A stretch of 64,000 bases of DNA from Roseburia sp. (GCA_050874345.1 JBNMKM010000005.1:51553-115552); one strand, 5' to 3'. Counted from the stretch's first letter, positions 17,858-27,275 are shown. Notes: generated by a model from the letters alone, not told the origin. Made by a program: numbers and translations.

Positions 17858-19671
17858 ATAAATTACACAGAAGCAGGTACATAAATGTAGTTGTATCAAT
17901 GATGATGGCATTTTTGATGCTTGCTGCAATGGGAACGACACAGGTACATGCAGCACAATATACAACCGGAACGATTGATCCTGCCGAATTGAAAGCTGGA
18001 GATGTGGTTTACAGGGGGGTTCAGTTAACGGTAGACAGACAGATTGTGGTTTGTAAAAAGTGCAATATGATATGGATTACGACGGGCACGGATTACGGTA
18101 CTGGAGACATGAAACGCTCTGAGGTGGTGGCTACGGAAGCCCATAAGGATCATCCGGGTAAGGTGGGGTATAGCGAGTTTAACTGGTATTTTAATCTTGA
18201 CAGCTCCGGCCCATTGTTAAAAAATACGCCATATACGATCGTAGAAAATGCTAACATTAAATACAAGATTACCTATAATACAAACGGTGGCAGTCAGATA
18301 GCAGAGGGAAAGCAGACGAACCTGCCAGATCCGCTGCCAGCTGCGACGAAAGATGGATATGATTTTGTCGGCTGGTATACAGATGCAGATTTTACGACGA
18401 TTGCGCGGCCGGGACAGGCACTTACTGCCGACACGACTCTTTATGCAAAATGGGTAGAACACAGGCACACATTCAAGAATGAGTGGAGCAGCAATGATAC
18501 GTCCCATTGGCATGCTGCCACGTGTGAACACACCACAGAAAAAAAGGATGAAGCAGCTCATGTTTATGGAACAGCAGGTACAGAAAAGTATACCTGTACC
18601 GTCTGCAAATATGTAAGTGAAACAAGAAAAAAAGAAGCTGAGACAGCAGGTAAAAAGAATAAATACAAGATTACCTATAATACAAACGGTGGCAGTCAGA
18701 TAGCAGAGGAAAAGCAGACGAACCTGCCGGATCCGCTGCCAGCTACGACGAAAGATGGATATGAGTTTGTCGGCTGGTATACAGATGCAGATTTTACGAC
18801 GATTGCGCAGCCGGGACAGGCACTTACTGCCGACACGACTCTTTATGCAAAGTGGGTAGAACACAAGCACACATTCAAGGATGAGTGGAGCAGCAATGAT
18901 ACTTCCCATTGGCATGCTGCCACGTGTGAACACATCACAGAAAAAAAGGATGAAGCAGCTCATGTTTATGGAACAGCAGGTACAGAAAGGTATACCTGTA
19001 CCGTCTGCAAATATGTAAGTGAAACAAGAAAAAAAGAAGCTGAGGCAGCAGATAAAAAGAATACGGAAAAAGTAAAAAGGACAGAGGCAAATGATGCAGC
19101 ATTAAATTTGAAATTTAATGTAGAAGCAGGAAAGAAGATCAAGGTAACCTGGGGAAAAGTTAAAAATGCTGACGGCTATGATGTGTATATGGCATACTGC
19201 GGAAAAGACAGGGAAAAGGTTGTAAAGTCCGTAAAGGGAGCAAATAATTTATCTGTTACAGTCAGCAAATTAAAAGATAAACAAATCGATCAGAAAAAGA
19301 ATCTGAAATGCCATGTTCTTGCATATAAGAGGGTTAATGGTAAGAAAGTAACCGTTGCAAAATCTATCACGATACATGCAGCAGGAAAGAAGAATGAATC
19401 CGTAACGGATGCAAAAAGTATTAAACTGAACAAGACTTCTTATGTATTGACAAAAGGGAAAAAAGCTACCATAAAGGCTTCGACTGTTAAGAAGGATAAG
19501 AAGCGTACGCTCATTAATCATACACCGGAATTCCGATATGCTACATCAGACAGTAAAGTAGCAGTGGTATCTGAAAAGGGTAAGATTACAGCGAAAGGAA
19601 AAGGTTCCTGTTCTGTATATGTATATGCACCAAATGGATGTGCACAAAAAATAAAAGTTGTGGTTAAATAA
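17854..19671 (+). CDS. secreted surface protein with two Listeria-Bacteroides (InlB B-type) repeats, Cys/His modules and C-terminal Big_2-like domains
   Basis: Signal peptide ...LMLAAMGTTQVHA. ITYNTNGG...DGYxFVGWYTDADFTT...LYAKW occurs twice. The C-terminus (SVTDAKSIKLNKTSYVLTKGKKATIKA...VVSEKGKITAKGKGSCSVYVYAPNG) is Ig-like. ATGA overlap with lemA. Confidence 0.75.
   Translation: MNKLHRSRYINVVVSMMMAFLMLAAMGTTQVHAAQYTTGTIDPAELKAGDVVYRGVQLTVDRQIVVCKKCNMIWITTGTDYGTGDMKRSEVVATEAHKDHPGKVGYSEFNWYFNLDSSGPLLKNTPYTIVENANIKYKITYNTNGGSQIAEGKQTNLPDPLPAATKDGYDFVGWYTDADFTTIARPGQALTADTTLYAKWVEHRHTFKNEWSSNDTSHWHAATCEHTTEKKDEAAHVYGTAGTEKYTCTVCKYVSETRKKEAETAGKKNKYKITYNTNGGSQIAEEKQTNLPDPLPATTKDGYEFVGWYTDADFTTIAQPGQALTADTTLYAKWVEHKHTFKDEWSSNDTSHWHAATCEHITEKKDEAAHVYGTAGTERYTCTVCKYVSETRKKEAEAADKKNTEKVKRTEANDAALNLKFNVEAGKKIKVTWGKVKNADGYDVYMAYCGKDREKVVKSVKGANNLSVTVSKLKDKQIDQKKNLKCHVLAYKRVNGKKVTVAKSITIHAAGKKNESVTDAKSIKLNKTSYVLTKGKKATIKASTVKKDKKRTLINHTPEFRYATSDSKVAVVSEKGKITAKGKGSCSVYVYAPNGCAQKIKVVVK
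18259..19062 (+). repeat. in-frame tandem duplication, 2 x 402 bp (134 aa units)
   Basis: Unit 1 is 18259-18660 and unit 2 is 18661-19062. By my count the translated units differ at 10 of 134 residues. Confidence 0.9.
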
Positions 19672-19710
19672 GAGAGACCGGTATATCGTGAAAATGAACG
19701 TGTAAGAGAA

Positions 19711-19754
19711 GAGCTGCCGATGATATTGATAGTATCATTTGGCAGCTTTTTTTA
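19711..19754 (+). terminator. rho-independent terminator after the surface-protein gene
   Basis: gagctgcc ... ggcagct stem followed by a run of 7 T. Confidence 0.7.
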
Positions 19755-19831
19755 TCGTATAAAACAGATATCGATTTCCTTTTTCATTTGATGTATAATG
19801 AATCAGAGAATAGAGTGAAAGAGGAAATAAC

Positions 19832-21676
19832 ATGAATCTGATTAATATAGAGAATCTGACAAAGGTTTATACCGAAAGAAAGCTATTTGATGGTGCATCG
19901 TTTTCATTGCAGGATGGGGAAAAAGTAGGTGTTATCGGTATCAACGGCACAGGAAAATCAACCCTGCTAAAAATAATTGCGGGAATCGAGGAGCCGGATG
20001 AGGGAAGCGTTGTGCGCGCCAATCATATTGTTGTACGGTATCTGCCGCAGAATCCGGTGTTTGACGGAAATATGACGATACTTGAAGCCGTGCTTTCCGG
20101 TGCGGACGTTTCAGATCCCTGGACGGTGGAAAGTGATGCAAAGTCACTTTTAACAAAGCTTGGAATTACTGATTTTACACAGAAAGTCGGGGAACTTTCC
20201 GGAGGACAAAGAAAGCGTCTTGCACTTGTGGCGGCAGTTGTTGTACCGTGTGATGTACTGATTTTGGATGAGCCGACAAACCATCTGGATTCTGCCATGT
20301 CAGACTGGTTGGAAGATTTCCTTAAAAAATGGCGCGGTGCGCTTGTGATGGTAACCCATGACCGCTATTTTTTAGATGCAGTGTGTAACCGTATTGTGGA
20401 GGTTGACAAGGGTGCGATTTACAGTTATGACACGAACTATTCCGGATACTTAGAGCGGAAGGCGGCAAGAGAAGAGAGTGCCGAGGCAAGTGAGCGCAAG
20501 AGACAGAGTATCTTACGTAAAGAAATCGAGTGGATGAAGCGCGGTGCGCGTGCGAGAAGTACCAAGCAAAAAGGGCGTATCAAACGCTTTGAAGAAATGC
20601 AGGGCGAAACGGCACCACTGCAGGATGGACAGGTGGAAATCGGTTCGGTCAGCACCCGGATGGGAAGAACGACGGTAGAGTTAGAGCACATCTTTAAAAG
20701 CTATGGAGAGCGCGTGCTAATCCGTGATTTTTCGTATATTTTCTTAAAGACGGATAGAATCGGTTTTATCGGACCAAACGGAAGCGGCAAGACGACACTC
20801 ATGAAGATGATTGATGGAAGAGTAGCGCCGGATGCCGGAACGATAACCATTGGGCAGACGATTAAAATCGGCTATTATACACAGGAAATCGAGAACTCAA
20901 AGGATGCCGGAATTGCCTATATGGACCCGGAGGAGAAAGTGATAGACTATATTCGTAATACGGCAGAATATGTACGGACAACGGAAGGACTTGTCTCTGC
21001 GACGATGATGTTAGAGCGCTTTTTATTTCCATCCTCCCAGCAGTACAGCCCGATTGGAAAATTGTCAGGCGGAGAGAAGCGCAGACTAAATCTACTGCGT
21101 GTGCTGATGGAGGCACCGAATGTATTGATTTTGGACGAGCCGACAAATGACCTCGACATAAAGACGCTTACGATTTTAGAGGATTATTTAGACAGCTATG
21201 ACGGAATCGTGATAGCCGTTTCCCATGACCGATACTTTCTTGACCGCGTTGTGCGCAGAATTTTTGCATTTGAGGGGGATGGAGAAATCCGTCAGTATGA
21301 GGGCGGTTATACCGATTACAGGAATCGCCTCGAAGAAGAGGGCAGACAGATGCCCGGAATGAGCCAGAGTGCTGCGGCGGCAGAGACTGGCACGCAGATC
21401 AATACTGCGCCGGATTCCAAGGCGACCTGGACGAGCGGGAAAAAGCTCAAATTCAGCTACAAGGAGCAGCGGGAGTATGAGACGATAGAGGATGATATCG
21501 CAGCCCTCGAGCAGAAGGTGGAAGATCTGGATAACGAGATGACTGCAAACGCCACGAATGCGGCAAAGCTGCGGGAACTGATGGAAGAAAAGGAAAAGAC
21601 AGAAGCAGCGCTGGAAGAAAAGATGGAGCGCTGGGAGTATTTAGAGGAGCTGGCGGCTAAGATTGCAGGGCAGTAA
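19832..21676 (+). CDS. ABC-F family ATPase (two ABC cassettes, C-terminal coiled coil; Uup/YfmR-like)
   Basis: Two Walker A sites (GINGTGKST, GPNGSGKTT), two LSGG signatures (LSGGQRKR, LSGGEKRR), no TM domain, and an acidic coiled-coil tail. Confidence 0.9.
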   Translation: MNLINIENLTKVYTERKLFDGASFSLQDGEKVGVIGINGTGKSTLLKIIAGIEEPDEGSVVRANHIVVRYLPQNPVFDGNMTILEAVLSGADVSDPWTVESDAKSLLTKLGITDFTQKVGELSGGQRKRLALVAAVVVPCDVLILDEPTNHLDSAMSDWLEDFLKKWRGALVMVTHDRYFLDAVCNRIVEVDKGAIYSYDTNYSGYLERKAAREESAEASERKRQSILRKEIEWMKRGARARSTKQKGRIKRFEEMQGETAPLQDGQVEIGSVSTRMGRTTVELEHIFKSYGERVLIRDFSYIFLKTDRIGFIGPNGSGKTTLMKMIDGRVAPDAGTITIGQTIKIGYYTQEIENSKDAGIAYMDPEEKVIDYIRNTAEYVRTTEGLVSATMMLERFLFPSSQQYSPIGKLSGGEKRRLNLLRVLMEAPNVLILDEPTNDLDIKTLTILEDYLDSYDGIVIAVSHDRYFLDRVVRRIFAFEGDGEIRQYEGGYTDYRNRLEEEGRQMPGMSQSAAAAETGTQINTAPDSKATWTSGKKLKFSYKEQREYETIEDDIAALEQKVEDLDNEMTANATNAAKLRELMEEKEKTEAALEEKMERWEYLEELAAKIAGQ

Positions 21677-21700
21677 AGAGAATAAGGAGGGTGAATAGTT

Positions 21701-23413
21701 ATGCAAAAGTTCAAAGAGATGAAAATCAAAAAGCGGTTAAACACTGGATTTAAAATGGTAACAGGGATTGCAACGATTGCGGCGGTACTCGGAATCATTG
21801 CAATGCTGGTTGCATCCAGCCGTTATGAGTATGCGATGGAAAATTATGGTTTTTCCCAGGGAGATATCGGGAAGGCAATGACGGCGTTTTCGGAGACGAG
21901 AAGTGCCCTGCGTGCAGTGGTAGGCTATGATGAGGAAGATATGATCGAGGCGCAGACACAACTGCATGATCAGAAAAAAGAAGCTTTTGAGACTTATCTC
22001 AAAGAGATAGAGAGTTCCATGGTATTTTCGCAGGCAAAAGATGCCTACAATACGCTGGTTGCGGATTTAGACGGCTACTGGGAGATTGATGCAAAGGTTT
22101 TAGAACTTGCAACATCGTCTTCAGATGACGGTTATCTGAAAGCACAGGAAATTGACACGGATGAACTTTCACCGCAGTATGACAAAATCTATCAGGATCT
22201 GGTGACACTTATGGATCTGAACGTGCAAAAGGGAGATGCATCGAAAGCCAGTCTGCACAGAATGGATTTGATGCTTATGATTGTAATCATGGCAGTGATT
22301 GTTGTTTCCATTGTTATTTCCATCCGCATCGGAAACGCGATGGCTGTTGATATAGAAAGACCGCTGATTGCTCTGGCAGATCGTCTGAAGACATTTGCAC
22401 AGGGGGATTTCGACAGTCCGTTCCCGGAGAGCGAGGCAGATGATGAGATTAAAGAGATGGTAGTGGAAGCAGAGCAGATGGCACAGAATCTGAACCTTAT
22501 CATTACGGATGCAGGAGAATTGCTTGGAGAGATGGCAGACGGCAATTATGCCATCGGAACGAAAATCGAAGATAAATATGTTGGAAAATTTGTGGCGTTA
22601 AAGGACGCCATGAGAAAAATGAACCGTCAGATGAACAGTACCTTACAGCATGTTGAGGATGCGTCAAAACAGGTTTCGGCAGGCTCGGAGAATCTGGCAG
22701 AATCTGCACAGGCACTGGCAGAAGGTGCAACCGATCAGGCAGGTTCTGTGGAAGAACTGACGGCGACGATTGCAAATATCACGGAAAATGTCAATGCGAC
22801 AGCAGAAAAGCTGGAAGCATCCCATCAGAAAGCAAACAGGTATGCAAAACAGGCGGATAACAGCCGTGAGCAGATGACATCCCTGATGGAAGCTATGGGA
22901 CGTATCAATGAAACTTCTGCAAAGATTGAAAATATTATTTCGGAGATTGAAGATATTGCAAGCCAGACCAACCTGTTGTCTTTGAATGCGGCAATTGAAG
23001 CTGCCCGCGCAGGAGAAGCAGGAAAAGGATTTGCTGTTGTTGCGGAACAGATTGGAAAACTGGCAGAACAGAGTGCAAAATCGGCGGTTGATACCCGTCA
23101 GTTAATTGAAGGTTCTCTGCAGGAGATTGCCGAGGGAAATAAGGCGGCAGAAAATGCATCTGCAGCATTAGAGGAAGTCGTTGGAGGTATCAATGAGATT
23201 GCAGAGGAATCGAGAATCTTAAGTGAACAGTCGGCAGAGCAGGCAAAAGCGATGGAGCAGGCGGAGGCAGGCGTCAACCAGATTTCAGAGGTAGTGCAGT
23301 CCAATTCTGCAGCGGCACAGGAATCTTCTGCGACCAGCGAAGAGCTTTCTGCACAGGCGGAATCTTTAAATGAATTGGTTGGACAGTTCATTTTGAGAAG
23401 GGATGCTCAATAA
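21701..23413 (+). CDS. methyl-accepting chemotaxis protein
   Basis: Two TM helices, a HAMP domain, and the conserved signalling hairpin [40 protein letters not shown]. Confidence 0.9.
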   Translation: MQKFKEMKIKKRLNTGFKMVTGIATIAAVLGIIAMLVASSRYEYAMENYGFSQGDIGKAMTAFSETRSALRAVVGYDEEDMIEAQTQLHDQKKEAFETYLKEIESSMVFSQAKDAYNTLVADLDGYWEIDAKVLELATSSSDDGYLKAQEIDTDELSPQYDKIYQDLVTLMDLNVQKGDASKASLHRMDLMLMIVIMAVIVVSIVISIRIGNAMAVDIERPLIALADRLKTFAQGDFDSPFPESEADDEIKEMVVEAEQMAQNLNLIITDAGELLGEMADGNYAIGTKIEDKYVGKFVALKDAMRKMNRQMNSTLQHVEDASKQVSAGSENLAESAQALAEGATDQAGSVEELTATIANITENVNATAEKLEASHQKANRYAKQADNSREQMTSLMEAMGRINETSAKIENIISEIEDIASQTNLLSLNAAIEAARAGEAGKGFAVVAEQIGKLAEQSAKSAVDTRQLIEGSLQEIAEGNKAAENASAALEEVVGGINEIAEESRILSEQSAEQAKAMEQAEAGVNQISEVVQSNSAAAQESSATSEELSAQAESLNELVGQFILRRDAQ

Positions 23414-23543
23414 TGAAAAAAATTGATTAATGATAAATAGTCTCATTTACAGGTGTGCCATTTCTGTCAGGTAGGGGTATAATATAGACGATTAGACAAG
23501 ACTAACCAAAGCGATACAGAGCGGACGATAAAAACGTCTGGAA

Positions 23544-23789
23544 ATGGAGGTCATGATGGGAAGATATTATCATTTGTCAAAAAAGCTGACAGAAGCACAG
23601 GTGGCAGAAGTGGAACGTGAGATGAGAGAGATTGAGGACGTGGAGAGCGTTGAAATCAATGGAGATCACACGTATATGAAAGTGATTACGAAGGATGACG
23701 AATTCTCCGGGGTGATGGGAAGAGCGGTCAATATCTGCAGCAGGGTTGCAGATGGAGCGGAGCTGTCATTTTCCGGATTTGCAGTGTAA
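23544..23789 (+). CDS. small hypothetical protein (about 77-81 aa)
   Basis: Clean ORF after GGAGG. The start is ambiguous (23544, 23553 or 23556). No motif recognised. Confidence 0.45.
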   Translation: MEVMMGRYYHLSKKLTEAQVAEVEREMREIEDVESVEINGDHTYMKVITKDDEFSGVMGRAVNICSRVADGAELSFSGFAV

Positions 23790-23808
23790 GAGAGAAAAAG
23801 ATTTTTGT

Positions 23809-23837
23809 TTGACTTTTTTTTAAAAGAGAAATATAAT
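23809..23837 (+). promoter_or_regulatory. near-consensus sigma-A promoter (TTGACT-17 nt-TATAAT)
   Basis: TTGACT at 23809-23814, a 17-nt spacer, TATAAT at 23832-23837. It is the only good promoter match upstream of the MATE gene at 24131. Confidence 0.5.
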
Positions 23838-23847
23838 ACTTAACAAA

Positions 23848-23890
23848 CGAGTAGCAAACTAGCGTAAATCCAGTTTTGCTGCTCGTTTTT
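23848..23890 (+). terminator. terminator-like hairpin plus T5 immediately downstream of the promoter
   Basis: cgagtagcaaact (23848-23860) pairs with agttttgctgctcg (23872-23885), about 13 bp with one bulge and one G-U. The loop is 11 nt. ttttt follows at 23886-23890. Confidence 0.6.
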
Positions 23891-23919
23891 GTCTTATAGG
23901 AAATTCCTATAAGACAAAA
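23887..23919. repeat. perfect 33-bp palindrome (16+1+16)
   Basis: ttttgtcttataggaa-a-ttcctataagacaaaa. Its left arm includes the T-run of the preceding hairpin. Confidence 0.9.
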
Positions 23920-23963
23920 GCAAGCAAGCTTGCAAAGATGCGCAGCTCGCGGAGGAGAAGTTA

Positions 23964-24068
23964 ATGCTTCGCATACCGCTCGCGCGCAAAAGTGTGCGAC
24001 AGGTGCGCATTTTATTTTATATGCCATTAAAAAAGTGTGTAGCTTATCAGCGTAAGTCCAGCTTATGA
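23964..24068 (+). CDS. candidate 34-codon leader peptide (uORF) of the MATE gene
   Basis: GGAGGAG at 23951-23957 lies 8 nt (from GGAGG) before ATG 23964. The ORF encodes MLRIPLARKSVRQVRILFYMPLKKCVAYQRKSSL. Its stop (24066-24068) lies in the loop of the downstream terminator. It is below the ORF-track length cut-off. Confidence 0.4.
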   Translation: MLRIPLARKSVRQVRILFYMPLKKCVAYQRKSSL

Positions 24069-24088
24069 GATAGGTGCACACTTTTTTT
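24029..24088 (+). terminator. intrinsic terminator/attenuator just upstream of the MATE ribosome-binding site
   Basis: gtgtgta (24035-24041) pairs with tgcacac (24075-24081). cttatc (24043-24048) pairs with gatagg (24069-24074). An A-run sits 5' and 7 T (24082-24088) sit 3'. Confidence 0.6.
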
Positions 24089-24130
24089 GTGCAGAAAAAA
24101 AGGAAAAACAAGGAGGAAAAAGAGAGGTTT

Positions 24131-25498
24131 ATGGAAAAAGGTAACAAGATGAAGGAAATGCCGGTGAATAAGCTCATGGTTCAGATGGGAATCCCGATGA
24201 TTTTATCGATGGCATTACAGGCGGTCTACAACATTGTGGACAGTGCCTTTGTTGGAAACATGAAGGCGGGAAGTGAAGCGGCACTGAATGCACTGACACT
24301 GGTGTTTCCGGTTCAGATGCTTATGGTAGCAGTTGGAATCGGAACAGGTGTGGGAACAAACGCGCTTTTAGCGAGGACACTCGGACAGGGAAATACGAAA
24401 AAGGCTGCAAGGGTAGCAGGAAACAGTTTATTTCTCGGAATGATTATTTATGTAGTATGTCTGCTGTTCGGAATTTTTGGAGTAAAAGCATATATTTCAT
24501 CGCAGACAGTTGACCCGGAAGTTATTTCGATGGGAACAGGTTACTTAAGAATATGCTGCGTGATTTCGTTTGGAATTATCTTTTTTTCACTGTTTGAAAA
24601 GCTGTTACAGGCAACAGGGCGTTCCCTTTATTCTACCATTGGTCAGGTTATGGGTGCAGTCATAAATATTGTTCTTGACCCGATTATGATTTATGGGATT
24701 GGACCGGTTCCTGAAATGGGCGTGGAGGGTGCTGCGTATGCAACGGTAATCGGGCAGGTGGCATCAGCGGTATTATTATTCATTTTCCATGTGAAATTAA
24801 ATAAAGAGTTTGAGCATGGTGTGAAATACATGAAACCGGATGCCAGAATTATGAAGGAAATCTATGCAGTCGGACTTCCGGCAATTATCGCGCAGGCGCT
24901 GATGTCTATCATGGTTTATGCGATGAACCTGATTTTAAAATTCAGTCCATCCGCCCAGACTGCATACGGACTGTTCTATAAGGTGCAGCAGTTTGTATTA
25001 TTCCTTGCCTTTGGACTGAGAGATGCAATCACACCGATTATTGCGTTTGCTTATGGAATGCACAGCAAAAAGAGGATTCAGGACGGAATCAGATATGGTC
25101 TGATTTATACGGTTGTACTTATGGTCGTTGGTGTGGCGATTACAGAGAGTTTCCCGGGCGCTTTTGCAGCTTTATTTAATGCAGGACAGTCCAGAGAGTA
25201 TTTCATTGGAGCAATGCGGATTATCTCCATCAGTTTTATTTTTGCAGGAGTCAATGTAGCATATCAGGGAATTTATCAGGCATTAGACGGTGGTATAGAG
25301 TCGCTTGTGATTTCGCTGCTCAGACAGCTTGTAATTATATTACCGCTGGCAGGAATTTTTTCCATTTTTGTCAGAAATGGTCAGATGGGAGTTTCCTTAA
25401 TCTGGTGGGCATTTCCGGTAACAGAGCTTATCGCATGTCTGGTGGGATATGTATTTTTAAAGAGAATCCGAAAGAACAAAGTGGAAAATTTAAGTTGA
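24131..25498 (+). CDS. MATE family efflux transporter
   Basis: [33 protein letters not shown] is a typical MATE N-terminus. 12-TM profile. The start is uncertain (ORF opens at 24074; ATGs at 24131 and 24149). Confidence 0.9.
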   Translation: MEKGNKMKEMPVNKLMVQMGIPMILSMALQAVYNIVDSAFVGNMKAGSEAALNALTLVFPVQMLMVAVGIGTGVGTNALLARTLGQGNTKKAARVAGNSLFLGMIIYVVCLLFGIFGVKAYISSQTVDPEVISMGTGYLRICCVISFGIIFFSLFEKLLQATGRSLYSTIGQVMGAVINIVLDPIMIYGIGPVPEMGVEGAAYATVIGQVASAVLLFIFHVKLNKEFEHGVKYMKPDARIMKEIYAVGLPAIIAQALMSIMVYAMNLILKFSPSAQTAYGLFYKVQQFVLFLAFGLRDAITPIIAFAYGMHSKKRIQDGIRYGLIYTVVLMVVGVAITESFPGAFAALFNAGQSREYFIGAMRIISISFIFAGVNVAYQGIYQALDGGIESLVISLLRQLVIILPLAGIFSIFVRNGQMGVSLIWWAFPVTELIACLVGYVFLKRIRKNKVENLS

Positions 25499-25511
25499 GG
25501 AGGAAGCAGTT

Positions 25512-26099
25512 ATGGCAAAGAGAATCATTACAATCAGCAGAGAGTTTGGAAGCGGCGGACGTTTTATCGGTGAGGAAGTGGCAAAGTCACTTGGAATAAA
25601 ATACTATGACAGGGATATCATCGCACAGATTGCAGAACAGTCAGGATTTTCACCGGAATATATTAAAGAAAATGCGGAATTGTCGCCAAAGAAAGGATTG
25701 TTCGCATATGTTTTTTCAGGTCGTGACAGTACAGGAAAATCCGTGGAAGATATGGTGTATGAAGCGCAGAGAAAAGTGATTTTAGATATTGCAGAAAAAG
25801 AAAGCTGTGTGATTATCGGAAGAAATGCGGATTTTATTTTAAAAGACAGGGACGATGTGCTGAATGTTTTTATCCATGGAGATATGCCGGAAAAAGTGAA
25901 ACGTATCTGCAAGCTGTATCATGTTACAGAAGCGGATGCTGTGAAAATGATAAACGATATAGATAAAAGACGCAGAACCAATTACAATTTTTATACGGAA
26001 CAGAAGTGGGGAATGGCGGGCAATCATACGTTGTCTTTGAACAGTTCACAGTTGGGATATGACAGGTGTGAACAGATGATAATGGAGTGTCTAAAATAG
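25512..26099 (+). CDS. cytidylate kinase-like family P-loop protein
   Basis: ITISREFGSGGRFIGEEVAKSLGIKYYDRDII is the N-terminus characteristic of the Clostridial cytidylate-kinase-like family. Confidence 0.7.
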   Translation: MAKRIITISREFGSGGRFIGEEVAKSLGIKYYDRDIIAQIAEQSGFSPEYIKENAELSPKKGLFAYVFSGRDSTGKSVEDMVYEAQRKVILDIAEKESCVIIGRNADFILKDRDDVLNVFIHGDMPEKVKRICKLYHVTEADAVKMINDIDKRRRTNYNFYTEQKWGMAGNHTLSLNSSQLGYDRCEQMIMECLK

Positions 26100-26114
26100 A
26101 TAAGAATTAACAGG

Positions 26115-26144
26115 AAAGATGGGAGATTTGAACTCCCATCTTTT
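26115..26144. terminator. bidirectional hairpin terminator between convergent genes
   Basis: aaagatgggag (26115-26125), a 7-nt loop, ctcccatcttt (26133-26143). Flanked by an A-run and a T-run. Confidence 0.6.
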
Positions 26145-26246
26145 ATAATCTGAGCAACAGACATATGGTGTTGTTTGGCAATTTGTCCAAGAATGTCACT
26201 ACAGAATACAATGCTGCCAAAGTATTTCAGAAATCTTTTTTGTAAA

Positions 26247-27080
26247 CTACCATGTCAGCGAAAATTCAACCAGCTCCGGCATTTCCGGCTTGCCGATGAG
26301 AGGCTCTTTTTTATCTAACACAGAAAGTTTTGCCATTTCTTCATCGGTCAGTGCAAAATCAAACAGGGCAAAATTTTCGCGGATATGTTCCGGCTGCGTG
26401 CTTCGTGGAATGACGGCAATGCCTTTTTGTGTCAGGAAGCGGAGCAGAATCTGTGCCGGAGTTTTGCCGTATTTCCCGGCAAGAGAGAGAACGACAGGCT
26501 CCCGATACATTTCATTACGATTGCCCTGACCGAGCGGTGCGTAAGCCATGTGTGCAACCTGCTTTTTGTCCATCCAACTGCGCTCGGTGCTGCGCTGGCA
26601 GTAGAGATTGGTTTCAATCTGATTGACTGCCGGAATGATTTTGTTGTAGGCAATCAGGTCAAGCAGCTGATCCGGTTCAAAGTTGGAAACACCGACAGCG
26701 CGGATTTTACCATCCGCATACAGCTTTTCCAGACTGCGCCATGCCGCATAATAGTTTGCAAATGGCCAGTGTAAAAGCAATAAATCAATGTAGTCGGTTT
26801 GCAGATTTTCTAACGACTGTAAGACGCTCCGTTCGGTATGCTCATACGATTTAAAATTCACCTTGGTGACAAGAAACAGCTCCTTGCGGTCAATACCGCT
26901 CTGTTTGATGCCTTCGCCTACTTCTTTTTCATTGCCATAGGCTTCTGCCGTGTCAATCATTCGATAACCATTTTCAATTGCCACTGTAACTGCATTTTTG
27001 CAGGCTTCTCCGCCAAGCATGAATGTGCCAAAGCCGATAAGCGGCATTTGGATGCCGTTATTTAATGTCAGATATTCCAT
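26247..27080 (-). CDS. aldo/keto reductase
   Basis: GFGTF...YRMIDTAEAYGNE...LHWP...IPRS AKR signatures. 277 aa. Confidence 0.9.
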   Translation of the reverse strand: MEYLTLNNGIQMPLIGFGTFMLGGEACKNAVTVAIENGYRMIDTAEAYGNEKEVGEGIKQSGIDRKELFLVTKVNFKSYEHTERSVLQSLENLQTDYIDLLLLHWPFANYYAAWRSLEKLYADGKIRAVGVSNFEPDQLLDLIAYNKIIPAVNQIETNLYCQRSTERSWMDKKQVAHMAYAPLGQGNRNEMYREPVVLSLAGKYGKTPAQILLRFLTQKGIAVIPRSTQPEHIRENFALFDFALTDEEMAKLSVLDKKEPLIGKPEMPELVEFSLTW

Positions 27081-27275
27081 AATGAGTCCTCCGTAAAATC
27101 ATAAATTGAATCATCCGATGATTCGTGTTAATATGATTCTAACAAGTTCGAGTTACACGAAGTCAAGAAAAATTTTAGGGGGATGGGTAAAATGTAATAC
27201 TAAATTCTTGATTCACCGACTAAATTCGTGTTTGACGATTTTCAATGAGAGTTTAAGGGAGATTGGAGGACAGCC

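Noticed and set aside
18217-18963. 248-aa minus-strand ORF with an internal duplication
   Set aside because: It mirrors the 402-bp tandem repeat of the plus-strand surface-protein gene. It has no start context or domain. Artefact of the repeat.
19755-21676. ABC-F protein as an antibiotic-resistance (ARE) factor with a leader attenuator
   Set aside because: The 77-bp upstream region has no uORF or terminator structure. The length and the C-terminal coiled coil look like the housekeeping Uup/YfmR-type. The subfamily cannot be assigned without phylogeny.
23790-24130. Known riboswitch class upstream of the MATE gene (guanidine-I/II/III, PRPP/ppGpp, fluoride, etc.)
   Set aside because: By eye I find none of the conserved cores, such as ACGR tetraloop hairpins or the ykkC core. 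A covariance-model scan would be needed to exclude this formally. The uORF/terminator architecture explains the structure better.
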